A DNA stretch of 45,228 bases from an uncultured bacterium. GTDB taxonomy: Bacteria > Omnitrophota > Omnitrophia > Omnitrophales > Aquincolibacteriaceae. The DNA is taken from the NCBI GenBank assembly GCA_964349955.1, contig CAYGIT010000001.1:1-45228 (forward strand), read 5' to 3'. The notes under the pieces are model-generated. The model was not told the origin of the DNA. It did no database searches and saw only the letters and a program-made list of their open reading frames with translations. Shown piece after piece: positions 10,035 to 20,472 of the stretch. Numbering within the stretch: the first letter of the stretch is position 1; each line of letters starts with the position of its first letter. The position numbers were made by a program, and so were the translations under genes.

Positions 10035-10810
10035 GACTGGACTCCCGCCTCCACGGCATGGACTGCCTGGGTGACAATTTGAACAAAGGATTCTGCTTTT
10101 AAGGAAGCGCCCCCGACAAGCGCGCCATCGACATTGGGTTTTTTCATCAGGTCGGCAATATTGTCCGGTTTCACGCTGCCCCCGTAAAGGATGGGAACAC
10201 GCACGGCAACATCTTCGCTGTATTTTTCTTTAAGCAAACGGCGAACATAGGATTGCATTTGTTCGGCTTGTTCAGGCGATGCTGTCTTGCCCGTGCCAAT
10301 GGCCCATACGGGCTCGTAGGCAATAACGAGTTTGACAATTTCTTCCCTGGTTAAATCTTTCAGTGAAAGATCGAATTGTTCCTTCACGACTTCAAATTGA
10401 CGCCGGGCTTCCCTCTCGGCCAGCGTTTCGCCCATGCAAAGGATGGGCACCAGGGAATATTTCAGCGCGGTTTTGACCTTTTCATTGATAAAGACATTGT
10501 CTTCCTTGAAATACTGGCGGCGCTCGGAATGCCCGAGAATCACATAGCGGCAGTCCAGGTCCTTGATCATGCCGGGTGAAATTTCACCGGTGAAAGCGCC
10601 TTCGGTTTCCGGATGCATATTTTGCGCGCCAAGCTGAATCGAACTGTCGCGCAGGACTTCAGCGACTTTGGAGAGCGCGGTAAAAGGCGGGCAAATCACT
10701 ACATTGCAATCGGACTGTTTGATTCCAGCTTTGATGGTTTGCACGAGGTTGACCGCCTCTTGGACGGTTTTGAACATTTTCCAGTTACCGACAATCATAG
10801 GTTTCTTCAT
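10031..10810 (-). CDS. tpiA: Triosephosphate isomerase
   Basis: MKKPMIVGNWKMFKT..., ILGHSERR, and IAYEPVWAIGTGKTA motifs. The ATG at 10810 was chosen. The 97 upstream codons of the track ORF overlap pgk and are not TIM-like. Confidence 0.94.
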   Translation of the reverse strand: MKKPMIVGNWKMFKTVQEAVNLVQTIKAGIKQSDCNVVICPPFTALSKVAEVLRDSSIQLGAQNMHPETEGAFTGEISPGMIKDLDCRYVILGHSERRQYFKEDNVFINEKVKTALKYSLVPILCMGETLAEREARRQFEVVKEQFDLSLKDLTREEIVKLVIAYEPVWAIGTGKTASPEQAEQMQSYVRRLLKEKYSEDVAVRVPILYGGSVKPDNIADLMKKPNVDGALVGGASLKAESFVQIVTQAVHAVEAGVQS

Positions 10811-10814
10811 TTTT

Positions 10815-12020
10815 CTACTTTCGGTTGAGCGAAGGGTTTTTATCTGCGAGCGCGGCGACACCGGGAAGCACGGTCCCCTCGAGATATTCAAGAGAAGCGC
10901 CGCCGCCTGTTGAAACATGCGACATTTTGGATTCAAGGCCGAATTGCATGACGGCTGCCGCTGTATCGCCGCCGCCGATAATAGTGGTTGCGCCGGATAA
11001 TCCTGCGACAAACGTGGCAACGTCCCGTGTTCCTTCATCAAAAGGAGGAATTTCAAAAAGGCCGAGAGGCCCGTTCCAGACAATGGTTTTGGCTTTCGCA
11101 AGGATTTCCTTGAATTGTTTGCGGCTTTGCGGGCCGATATCGAAGCCTGACCAACCGTCCGGAATATCGCCGGTCACGACTTGAGTGGGAGTGCCTCTTT
11201 CCATTTTTTGGGCAATCACGCGATCTACCGGAAGAACAATCGGCACGCCTTTGGTCTTGGATTTTTCCAGGGCTTCGCGGGCCGCGCCTTCCCCCGCCGG
11301 ATCAAATTTGGAATTCCCGATTCCGATGCCCAGAACCTTATAGAAAGTGTAGGCCATGGCACCGCCGATCAAAATGGTGTCGGTTTTATCGAGCAGATTG
11401 GAAATGAGTTTGATTTTATCGGAGACTTTCGCGCCGCCGAGAATTGCGACAAAAGGCCGGTCAGGATTCGAAATCGCTTTGTCGAAATATTCCACTTCCT
11501 TGGCCAGTAAAAAACCAGCGACGGCCGGAAGGTATTTGGCGACGCCTTCGGTTGAAGAATGGGCGCGGTGGGCCGTGCCAAACGCATCATTGACGTAGAC
11601 CTCGGCCAGAGAGGCAAGCTTTTTGGCAAAAGCAGGATCGTTTTTTTCCTCTTCCGCATGGAAGCGCAGGTTTTCGAGCAGCACGACGTCCCCGCTTTTA
11701 AGGGCCGCCACTTTTTTCTCGACTTCCGGGCCAACGCAGCCGGAAAGCAATTCCACCTTTTTCCCGAGAAGTTTGGAGAGATGATCGGCAGCGGGCTTGA
11801 GGCTGAATGCCGCTTCGGGCTTGCCTTTGGGGCGGCCCAAATGGGACATTAAAATAATTTTGGCGTTTTGAGACAGGCAATACTTGATCGTATCCAGCGA
11901 TTTCACGATACGGGCAGCGTCGGTGATCTCATTTTTTTCATTGAGCGGGACATTAAAATCCACGCGGATGAGGACGCGCTTGTCTTTAAGATTAATATCC
12001 TGGATAGTTTGTTTGTTCAT
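10815..12020 (-). CDS. pgk: Phosphoglycerate kinase
   Basis: 401 aa with [15 protein letters not shown], and GGGDTAAA / [13 protein letters not shown] motifs. Confidence 0.96.
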   Translation of the reverse strand: MNKQTIQDINLKDKRVLIRVDFNVPLNEKNEITDAARIVKSLDTIKYCLSQNAKIILMSHLGRPKGKPEAAFSLKPAADHLSKLLGKKVELLSGCVGPEVEKKVAALKSGDVVLLENLRFHAEEEKNDPAFAKKLASLAEVYVNDAFGTAHRAHSSTEGVAKYLPAVAGFLLAKEVEYFDKAISNPDRPFVAILGGAKVSDKIKLISNLLDKTDTILIGGAMAYTFYKVLGIGIGNSKFDPAGEGAAREALEKSKTKGVPIVLPVDRVIAQKMERGTPTQVVTGDIPDGWSGFDIGPQSRKQFKEILAKAKTIVWNGPLGLFEIPPFDEGTRDVATFVAGLSGATTIIGGGDTAAAVMQFGLESKMSHVSTGGGASLEYLEGTVLPGVAALADKNPSLNRK

Positions 12021-12029
12021 AATCGGATC

Positions 12030-12057
12030 ATTATATTGACTTTACGTTATTTTCCAA
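12030..12057 (-). promoter_or_regulatory. Candidate sigma70-type promoter for pgk (TTGGAA-16 nt-TATAAT), predicting a near-leaderless mRNA
   Basis: The minus strand reads TTGGAAaataacgtaaagtcaaTATAATgatccgattATG. The perfect -10 ends 9 nt before the pgk ATG and there is no Shine-Dalgarno sequence. Confidence 0.45.
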
Positions 12058-13704
12058 TGATTTTTTCGGATTCTCCCAAAGAGACCCCTGGCCAAACTTG
12101 ACTCCGAGGGATTTCAGGACTTCGAGGTCTTCCTCTGTTTCGATCCCTTCGGCGATAATTTCTGCACCCAGGGACCGGGCCACTTCCAGAATCCTTTTAA
12201 GGACGCGGACCAGAGAAGGATTTTTGGCAATGCCGATGACGCAACCTCTTTCGATCTTCACGATATCGGGCTCGAGCAGAATAAGGCTTTCCAGCGATCC
12301 CCGGCCGAAACCGGCATCGTCAATTGCGATCAACAGGCCGGCCTGTTTTAATTGCTTAACGGATTCGGCCAAATAGATGGCGCTTCCCATGATTTGCTGC
12401 TCGCTGATCTCCAGGCAATAGCTGCCTGGAGCCGGCGGTTGAGAAAATTCCCGGAGAAGCTTTTCCGCCGAAACTTCCACGAGAGTGGAAGGAAAAAGAT
12501 TGAGATGGTGCCGGTTTCCGGCGGGCAAAGTTAACGAAGCCGAGAGGCAACTTTTAAAACATCGAAGATCGACCTCCGTGAGAATATTATATTCCCGGCT
12601 GACACGGAAGAAATCTTCAGGAGCGGAAAATCCTGGCATATCAAAACGACTTAAAAATTCATAGCCCAGGACACGGGAATCTGTCAAAGAAAGGATGGGG
12701 TGTTTGATTGCGTGAAATTTTTCAGGCTGACGGAGGGCTTCGAAGATTCCATTTTTGATTTTGTCCTCAAAGTTCTCCCCTCCTGCTGCGTCAAAGTCGC
12801 TCGAAACACGGTTTTTTCCCATCAGTTTGCTTCGGTGAAGACCCTCATGAGTCTTCACGAGAAGTTCATCGATCGAAGTGGAGTCCGGAGAAAGATCCGT
12901 GACCCCAATGCTGGCCGTGACTTTAACTTCCTGGCCGGGCCCCAGGGGGAAAGGCGCGCCGGCGATCGCCGAACGGACCTTCTCTCCTACAAGCACTCCT
13001 TCGGCCTGCCGGGTTGACGTCAAAAGAACCATGAATTCGTCGCCGCCAATGCGAGCTGCATAATCGGTTGTACGCAAACAGGCAACGAGTCTTCGAACCG
13101 CTTCTTGAAGAACCCGGTCTCCTGCCGAATGCCCGATCGTATCATTGATGAGTTTGAAATTATCGATATCCAGGAATAACAGGATAGACCGGGTCCCTTC
13201 CCGGCGAGCGCGCTGCGACTCTCGAGAAAGAATTTCCTGGAATCCGCGCCGGTTCGGGAGCTCGGTCAGAGGATCCAGCAAGGAAATTTTTTCGAGATTT
13301 GCCTTGGTGGTCTGAAGCTCTCTGCGAATATTTGCGCGCTCAATGGCGTACCGGATCGCTCGCGACAGAGTCCCTTCGGTAAGGCTCTGCTTGACCAAAT
13401 AGTCTTGAGCTCCGTTGCGAACTGCTTCAAGAGCTGTTTTTTCCTCCAGGTAGCTCCCGGTCAAAATCACTACGGGGATATCCGGCATGGCTTTAATCAG
13501 TTCGAGGAAGGTTGAAACACCGTTGCTGTCCGGCACGTTAAGGTCACACAAGACAAGATCAATGCCCCCCATCTTGAGACGGTTCTTTGCCTCTTTGAGA
13601 TAGGTGACATTTTCGAGTTCACACTGCACACCGGAGAGTTTTTCAACCTGCTTCCGGATCAGGAAAAAATCATCCGGGTTATCCTCTAGGACAAGAATGC
13701 GCAT
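12031..13704 (-). CDS. Response regulator with REC-GGDEF-EAL domains (c-di-GMP turnover)
   Basis: MRILVLEDNPDD...LCDLNVPD receiver domain. Diguanylate cyclase RIGGDEF with an RTTD I-site 5 residues upstream. EAL-type domain (YEFLSR, LNLFPS, LEISEQ, IAIDDAGFG, EGIETEE...GQG). The ATG at 13704 was chosen; the track ORF is open to 13761, overlapping the upstream gene. Confidence 0.88.
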   Translation of the reverse strand: MRILVLEDNPDDFFLIRKQVEKLSGVQCELENVTYLKEAKNRLKMGGIDLVLCDLNVPDSNGVSTFLELIKAMPDIPVVILTGSYLEEKTALEAVRNGAQDYLVKQSLTEGTLSRAIRYAIERANIRRELQTTKANLEKISLLDPLTELPNRRGFQEILSRESQRARREGTRSILLFLDIDNFKLINDTIGHSAGDRVLQEAVRRLVACLRTTDYAARIGGDEFMVLLTSTRQAEGVLVGEKVRSAIAGAPFPLGPGQEVKVTASIGVTDLSPDSTSIDELLVKTHEGLHRSKLMGKNRVSSDFDAAGGENFEDKIKNGIFEALRQPEKFHAIKHPILSLTDSRVLGYEFLSRFDMPGFSAPEDFFRVSREYNILTEVDLRCFKSCLSASLTLPAGNRHHLNLFPSTLVEVSAEKLLREFSQPPAPGSYCLEISEQQIMGSAIYLAESVKQLKQAGLLIAIDDAGFGRGSLESLILLEPDIVKIERGCVIGIAKNPSLVRVLKRILEVARSLGAEIIAEGIETEEDLEVLKSLGVKFGQGSLWENPKKSLENNVKSI

Positions 13705-13718
13705 GAGATTTCGCTTTT

Positions 13719-14162
13719 CTAAACCGAATGAGGCTGCGGCAGACGCGCCACAAGAACCCAATAGAGTTCAAAGCGCTCGGCGAGTTGCTGGAAGGCCTGC
13801 AAACCAACGGGTTTGGTGATAAAGGAGCAGGCGCCTGCGCTATAAGATCGCGCCACATCCTCTTCCTGTTTGCTGGTGGTCAGGATGATCACAGGTAAGG
13901 ACTTGAGTTCCGGATCAGCCTTGAGCTCCTTCAACACGGTCCAGCCATCTTTTTTAGGCATATTGATATCGAGCAAAAGAAGCCCCGGACGCTCCGCATC
14001 TTTGTACTTTCCCTCGCGCCGGAGGTAGGCCATGGCCTCCTCACCATCCCTGACGACATTCAGACCATTCAGAACCTTGACGTTTTTAAACGCCTTTTGG
14101 ATCATCAGGATGTCGTCATCATTATCTTCCGCTAAAAGAATTCGAATTTTTTCTTCAGCCAT
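13719..14162 (-). CDS. Stand-alone CheY-like response regulator receiver
   Basis: 147 aa with ILLAEDNDDD, LLLLDINMPKKDG, and ILTTS...KP receiver motifs. No output domain. 8-nt overlap with the kinase gene. Confidence 0.88.
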   Translation of the reverse strand: MAEEKIRILLAEDNDDDILMIQKAFKNVKVLNGLNVVRDGEEAMAYLRREGKYKDAERPGLLLLDINMPKKDGWTVLKELKADPELKSLPVIILTTSKQEEDVARSYSAGACSFITKPVGLQAFQQLAERFELYWVLVARLPQPHSV

Positions 14163-16233
14163 TGTGTTCTTCTTTCTGATTGACTACGGAGTCTGGGTCC
14201 TCCACCGCCTCCTGTGCGGAAATGCTCACATCAAATGTAATGATAAATTCCGATCCGCCGCCCTCGCGCGGCCTTACCCAGGCTTTTCCTCCATGCCGGC
14301 GGGCCACTTCAAAGACAATTGCCAACCCGGCCCCAGTTCCCTCTACTTCACGGCCCACAGCACGCTGGAAGAGTTCGAAAATTTTTTCAGCATATTCGGG
14401 AGGCACGCCCGGACCGCGATCACTAACGACAAAACCGATCCCGGGCGAATCCCCGTCGTGGGGTTGATACGATGCAATCTGGATCTCGGGAGGGGCATCG
14501 TCTTTCCTGAACTTCAGGGCATTGCCGATGAGGTTATAAATCGCTTCAACTGCCCAAGTTTTGTCCACATAAAGGGAGGGAAATTCCTGATCCACTGTGA
14601 TCCTGGCTCCCGTTTGTTGAATCTTGTGCTCTAAACGCGCCAGAGCCTCCTGGACAATCATTTTTCCCTCGAGGCTGATCGCAGGCTTTTCGAGTTTTCG
14701 GGCCCGTGTAAGTCTCGAGATATCATCGATAAGCGTCCCCAGCCGCTGGCTGGCTTTGGTCACGCGCGCGAAAAGATCTTTTCCCTCCGGCTCCAGATTT
14801 TGAGCATGCTCTTCAGCAATCATCCCGGAAAAATTCTCAATCGCGCGCAGGGGTTCCTTAAGGTCATGGGAGGTCACGTGGAGGAGCATTTCAAGCTCCC
14901 GGTTACGGTTAAAAATTTCCTGTTCCATTTTTTTCCGGATCGTGACATCCACGATCGAAGCCAGAGTAAATAGCCCTTCCGGGGTCGTGATGGGATTTAA
15001 GCTAATCTCGATGGGGACTTCGGTGCCGTCTTTTCTCTGACCAAAGATTTCCCTGCCGGCGCCCATCGGCCGGACTTTGGGGTTTGCGGCGAAACCATGC
15101 CGGTGGCCGGGATGGTTCGCCCGGTAGCGCTCGGGAACAAGAATCTCGATTTTTTGGCCGATGAGTTCTCTGCCGGAGTAACCAAAGAGTTTCTTGATTT
15201 GGGAATTCACAAGGGTGATTTTCCCCTCCCGGCCGACCATGATCATTCCGTTGGGGGTGGCTTCAATAATGAGTTTGAGCCTTTGTTCGATTGATTTTCT
15301 CGCAAGCTCGGCCCGGCGAAAAAATCCAACGGCCAAACCAAACGCGGAAACGAAAAAAATGCTATTTGAAAATACAACCAGCGTTAATCCAAACGCCGTT
15401 CCATAGAAATCTGCTTGCTGTCCGGCAAGGTTCATCCAGCCAAAAAGAAAAGGGACCAAAATTCCGAGAGGGATCAGAGAGCGTGCCAGCACCCCGCTCA
15501 TTGCGTCACTTGTGAAAGATTCCATCAACCCGCATTCAGGACGGGCGAAGATCATCCCGGTACTTAAAATAAGGAATAACGCAGCGGAATGGATGGGCAT
15601 CTGCATGTGGCGAAGGCCGTTATGGAGAGTCTCCGCGCCATAAACGTAAGCCATGGAATTGAACAATCCGGCCAAGCTCACGATCAAAGTGAGAAACTGG
15701 GCGAACCGGATGCGATAGAACCCATGGGAAAAAAGGAGAGCTAACCCTGTCAGGAAAAAGGTAAGCGCCGTGTTCGGCGGCATACGGCCGGGAGCATGGG
15801 TGGCGGCAAGTCTCCCGGTATCTTTGAGCAACAGCTGGTCAATGCCGAGATCGCGGCCTGTTATGTATTCAAGGAGCGTGGCCATGCCAATGAGAAGAAC
15901 CAAACTTGCGCAGGCTTGTGCGATGAGGCGTGCTTGCGGAGTCCCCGGCTCTTTCGTCAAGAAAAACAGGGACACCCCCGCAAGCATGAAAGCAAAAAGT
16001 GTGTTTGCCTTTATTTTGCCGCTTGTTTGAAGAATATCCGAGAGGACTGGAACAGGAAAGTACAAACCAAGGAGGGTTACGCTGCTCACGATAATAATAA
16101 AGAGACTTGCCTTGAGCGCGAAGGACTTGCACCACGGGCGCACTCCGGTGGTTTTACTCAAGTCAATCGACGCCTTCATCGTAGGGCCCAAGGATCTCCT
16201 TAAAAATAAAAAAACGCGGGGAAATCCTAGCAT
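14155..16233 (-). CDS. Membrane sensor histidine kinase (polytopic N-domain, PAS, HisKA, HATPase)
   Basis: 692 aa. About 300 aa of multi-pass hydrophobic N-terminus, then a PAS-like segment. H-box TSHDLKEPLRAI, N-box NLIGNALKF, G-boxes DRGPG and GTGAGL. The start could instead be the ATG at 16179. Confidence 0.88.
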   Translation of the reverse strand: MLGFPRVFLFLRRSLGPTMKASIDLSKTTGVRPWCKSFALKASLFIIIVSSVTLLGLYFPVPVLSDILQTSGKIKANTLFAFMLAGVSLFFLTKEPGTPQARLIAQACASLVLLIGMATLLEYITGRDLGIDQLLLKDTGRLAATHAPGRMPPNTALTFFLTGLALLFSHGFYRIRFAQFLTLIVSLAGLFNSMAYVYGAETLHNGLRHMQMPIHSAALFLILSTGMIFARPECGLMESFTSDAMSGVLARSLIPLGILVPFLFGWMNLAGQQADFYGTAFGLTLVVFSNSIFFVSAFGLAVGFFRRAELARKSIEQRLKLIIEATPNGMIMVGREGKITLVNSQIKKLFGYSGRELIGQKIEILVPERYRANHPGHRHGFAANPKVRPMGAGREIFGQRKDGTEVPIEISLNPITTPEGLFTLASIVDVTIRKKMEQEIFNRNRELEMLLHVTSHDLKEPLRAIENFSGMIAEEHAQNLEPEGKDLFARVTKASQRLGTLIDDISRLTRARKLEKPAISLEGKMIVQEALARLEHKIQQTGARITVDQEFPSLYVDKTWAVEAIYNLIGNALKFRKDDAPPEIQIASYQPHDGDSPGIGFVVSDRGPGVPPEYAEKIFELFQRAVGREVEGTGAGLAIVFEVARRHGGKAWVRPREGGGSEFIITFDVSISAQEAVEDPDSVVNQKEEHNG

Positions 16234-16256
16234 AGATAAAAGAGACAGTAAAGAGT

Positions 16257-16640
16257 TCAGTGCCCCTGGTGATAAGGGTGATGATGAAGAATGGTCTGGG
16301 CCCGGTAAAGTTGTTCGGCGGCAATAATGGCGGCAAGTTCATGGGGTAAAGTCATGGGGCCGAAGCTCCACCGCAAGTCCGCGTTCAATGTTTTTAAATC
16401 GCTTCCGGTAAAACCGTCCGGACCGCCGATCAAAACTTGAAGTTCCCGTATCCCGGAAAGCTCCAGGGTCTGGATTTTTTTTGCCAGGCCTTCGGAATCC
16501 GGCATTTGCGCGCCGGGTCCCCGGTCGCAGATCCAGCGTTTTGTCCCCTGTCCCGGACTCCCGAAGTCTTTTCCGAGAGCGGAGGTTTTACAGGTTGTGA
16601 ATTTCGAAAGGCGGGCGGCATATTCCTGAAAAAGACTCAA
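16257..16640 (-). CDS. rlmH: 23S rRNA (pseudouridine1915-N3)-methyltransferase RlmH (SPOUT); the true start is probably further upstream
   Basis: C-terminal LIGGPDGF...WSFGPMTLPHELAAIIAAEQLYRAQTILHHHPYH is the RlmH signature. The track start is a TTG. The frame stays open to the gap stop codon and encodes the expected N-terminal strand (see finding). Confidence 0.8.
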   Translation of the reverse strand: MSLFQEYAARLSKFTTCKTSALGKDFGSPGQGTKRWICDRGPGAQMPDSEGLAKKIQTLELSGIRELQVLIGGPDGFTGSDLKTLNADLRWSFGPMTLPHELAAIIAAEQLYRAQTILHHHPYHQGH

Positions 16641-16718
16641 GGAGGCCGGAGTTTTGAATGCTTTTGAAACCGGAGCTCCCGGTTTGAGCCAAGCCAGCTT
16701 GAAATGGATGATCAGAGT

Positions 16719-17887
<1,169 letters not shown>

Positions 17888-17891
<4 letters not shown>

Positions 17892-18997
17892 GATATTTGA
17901 GTAATTTTTCCGTAGAGGTCGTGAATTTCCCGAGCCATGCGGTGAATGGAAAAGAGTTTTTCGACCATGGCCTTCCCTGTTTCGCTCATGCGGGTTCTCT
18001 CTTCTTTATTATTTAAAAGCCGTTTGATCGCGGCTGTGATGGGCTCGATGGCTTTGGGCGGAATCAGAATTCCGGTTACGCCGTCCTGAATCAGGGTATT
18101 CAAGGACCAAATGTTGGATACGATGACGGGCTTGCCGCAGGCCATGGCCTCCACAATGCTAAGCCCAAATCCTTCGCGCCAGGTGGCGGGAAACGCAAAA
18201 ATGTCGGTGGCGGCGAGGGCCTGGGTGATGTCTTTGAGGCTTCCGGTAAAGACAACATGCGATTCGAGATGAAGATGGCGGACAAGCTCTTTCAGCTCAT
18301 CGCGAAAAGGTCCGTCGCCTACGATCAATACCCGGAGCGAAGGAAATTCGGGAATCAGAAGAGGCACTGCCCGGATCAGGTATTCATGCCCCTTGTCGGC
18401 AACAAGACGGCCTATGCTTCCAATCACGGGGTCCCCGGGTTTAAAACCATAGGACAACTTTGCATCGTGGGCGTTATGCCGGGCAAAAGAGGACTGAAGT
18501 TCCTCCAAATCAACGGCGTTCGAAATGAGCCGGACCCGGCTTTCTGAAAGGCCGAAATCCCGGGTCAAGTGCTCGGCCACCCCATCGCTGATGGCAATCG
18601 CGCATTTTCCCCAGGCTGGAAGGAGGCGCCGCCCGATCCTTCTTTTATAGTAGCCGTGGCAGGTGGTGACAAAAGGAACTCCAGTCATTTTCTCCAGGCA
18701 GAAAGCCATCACTTGTGTGATCCGGGTATGGGCGTGGATCAAATCGATTTTATTTTCGAGGATGATTTTTTTAACCGCAGGCAGGTTGAAATAAATTTTA
18801 GGGTTTAATACATTTTTGGTGCGGATGGAAAGTTCGAAAGTTTTAGCCCCGTGCCCGGTAAATTCACCAGAGCAGTTTCCCCCGCTTGAAAGCACGAAGG
18901 TTTCAACCCCGAGTTTTTTGAGCGGTTTGATTAAGCGATAAATGTAAGTGGTGATTCCACCGACATTCAAATGCGTGGTCAGGTGCAGGACATTCAT
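17888..18997 (-). CDS. Glycosyltransferase family 4 (GT-B)
   Basis: 369 aa with MNVLHLTTHLNVGGITTYI N-terminus and a C-terminal FPATWREGFGLSIVEAMACGKPVI (EX7E-type) motif. Confidence 0.85.
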
Positions 18998-19929
18998 CAG
19001 GCGAAGGAAGAGCCGTGGAGAAGGCGCCGGCCTCGCGCAAAATCGGCCCCGCTCATGTCTTTTTTGCCCGCAGGCCTGAGGCTTTCGATGGCGAGAACTC
19101 CCTCGCCGGTCTGAATTTTCAAAAAAATCTTTTTATCTACGTCTGAAACCTGTCCCGGATCGAGAGAACTGCCGGAAGAACTATCAATGCGAGCCTTGAG
19201 AATCAGGATAGGGTCGCCCTGAAAAAGGGCGTAGGCTCCGGGCCAGGGCAACAAGCCGCGCACAAGACGGGAAATTTCAGCCGCCGATTTTTTCCAGTCA
19301 ATCAGGCCGTCTTCTTTCGTAAGTTTGCGCGCATACGTCGAGGCGGCTTCCGCTTGCGGCATGCGGGAAAGCGTCCTGGTTTCAATTTTCGAAAAAACGC
19401 AAGCCAGCGCTTCCCGTGAAAGCTCTGCAAGTTGAACCGAGAGAGACTCTGAATCCATTTGTTCCGTCAGAGGGATTCGTTTTTGATAAAAAATGTCGCC
19501 GGCGTCAAGCTGGGGCGTGACCTCGGCAATGGAAATTCCGGTTTCCGCATCCCCATTCAAAATCGGCCAATTCAAGGGAGAGGCTCCCCGGTATTTGGGC
19601 AGAAACGAGGGGTGAACATTCAATGAAAGCTGTTTGGGGATCGACAACCATGAAGCCGGGATGATTTTGCCATAGGAAGAGACCACAAAAAAATCCGGAT
19701 TCAGGGACTTGACCTGCGTAATCAGTGCTTCGTCTTTCAGCTTTTCCGGCGCAACAAAAGAAATTTTATTTTGCTCGCAAAAAAGGCGTACCGGCGCCGG
19801 CTGAAGTTTCAATCCCCTTCCTTTAGGGCGGTCGGGGGTGGTGATGACAAGGCCCACCGGAAAGCGGCTTGCAAGGCAGGCTTTGAGGGCTTCGATTGAA
19901 AAATCCGAGGAACCAAAGAAAACGATCAC
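18997..19929 (-). CDS. fmt: Methionyl-tRNA formyltransferase
   Basis: 310 aa with SLNVHPSFLPKYRGASPLNWPILNGD motif. GTGA overlap with the def stop. Confidence 0.94.
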   Translation of the reverse strand: MIVFFGSSDFSIEALKACLASRFPVGLVITTPDRPKGRGLKLQPAPVRLFCEQNKISFVAPEKLKDEALITQVKSLNPDFFVVSSYGKIIPASWLSIPKQLSLNVHPSFLPKYRGASPLNWPILNGDAETGISIAEVTPQLDAGDIFYQKRIPLTEQMDSESLSVQLAELSREALACVFSKIETRTLSRMPQAEAASTYARKLTKEDGLIDWKKSAAEISRLVRGLLPWPGAYALFQGDPILILKARIDSSSGSSLDPGQVSDVDKKIFLKIQTGEGVLAIESLRPAGKKDMSGADFARGRRLLHGSSFA

Positions 19930-20414
19930 AAGACCTGATACTGGGAAAGGACTTCCTGGCGTTGATTAAAATCCAGACGATCAATCAAAAGAATTCCGTC
20001 CAGATGGTCCATTTCATGCTGGATGATGCGGGCAAAGAATTCCCGCAATTCTGCCGTGATGACTTCCCCGAACCGGTCCTGATACCGCACCTTGATTTTT
20101 TTTGCCCGCAGCACTTCCCCCTGAATGCCGGGAAGGCTAAGACAACCCTCGGAGCCTAATTCCCTGCCGGAAGAATGAAGAATTTCAGGATTCACAATCA
20201 CATGCTCTTCGCCCTTTTTGACCGTAGGACAGGCAATCAGCACACGTTTCGAAACCCCGATTTGCGGCGCGGCAAGCCCCACCCCGTCTTCGACATGCAT
20301 GGTTTCGATCATGTCCTCAAAAAGCTTTTGCTCAGCCTCCCCAAACTGGGTCAGCCGCTCCGCCTTGATCTTAAGAGCCGGATTCGGATAAGTAAGAACT
20401 TTCAGAAGTGCCAT
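19926..20414 (-). CDS. def: Peptide deformylase
   Basis: 162 aa with GVGLAAPQIG, EGCLSLPG, and HEMDHLDG metal-binding motifs. Confidence 0.96.
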   Translation of the reverse strand: MALLKVLTYPNPALKIKAERLTQFGEAEQKLFEDMIETMHVEDGVGLAAPQIGVSKRVLIACPTVKKGEEHVIVNPEILHSSGRELGSEGCLSLPGIQGEVLRAKKIKVRYQDRFGEVITAELREFFARIIQHEMDHLDGILLIDRLDFNQRQEVLSQYQVL

Positions 20415-20421
20415 ACCCTAA

Positions 20422-20430
20422 ATTTTATCA
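20422..20430 (-). promoter_or_regulatory. Candidate extended -10 promoter element for def (TGaTAAAAT)
   Basis: The minus strand reads ggtaTGaTAAAATttagggtATG. The hexamer ends 7 nt before the def ATG. No Shine-Dalgarno at a functional distance. Confidence 0.35.
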
Positions 20431-20472
20431 TACCCCCGCCGCCCCCGTCATCCTCGAAAAAGGATGCTCGCT

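Noticed and set aside
10811-11101. Long N-terminal extensions offered by the ORF track for tpiA (97 aa), plsX (37 aa), rpmF (33 aa), the REC-GGDEF-EAL gene (19 aa), the GT4 at 41055 (31 aa) and the GT4 at 29917 (17 aa)
   Set aside because: In each case the extension overlaps the upstream gene in another frame and has no family-like sequence. An internal ATG or GTG gives the canonical family N-terminus, often with an ATGA/GTGA coupling overlap.
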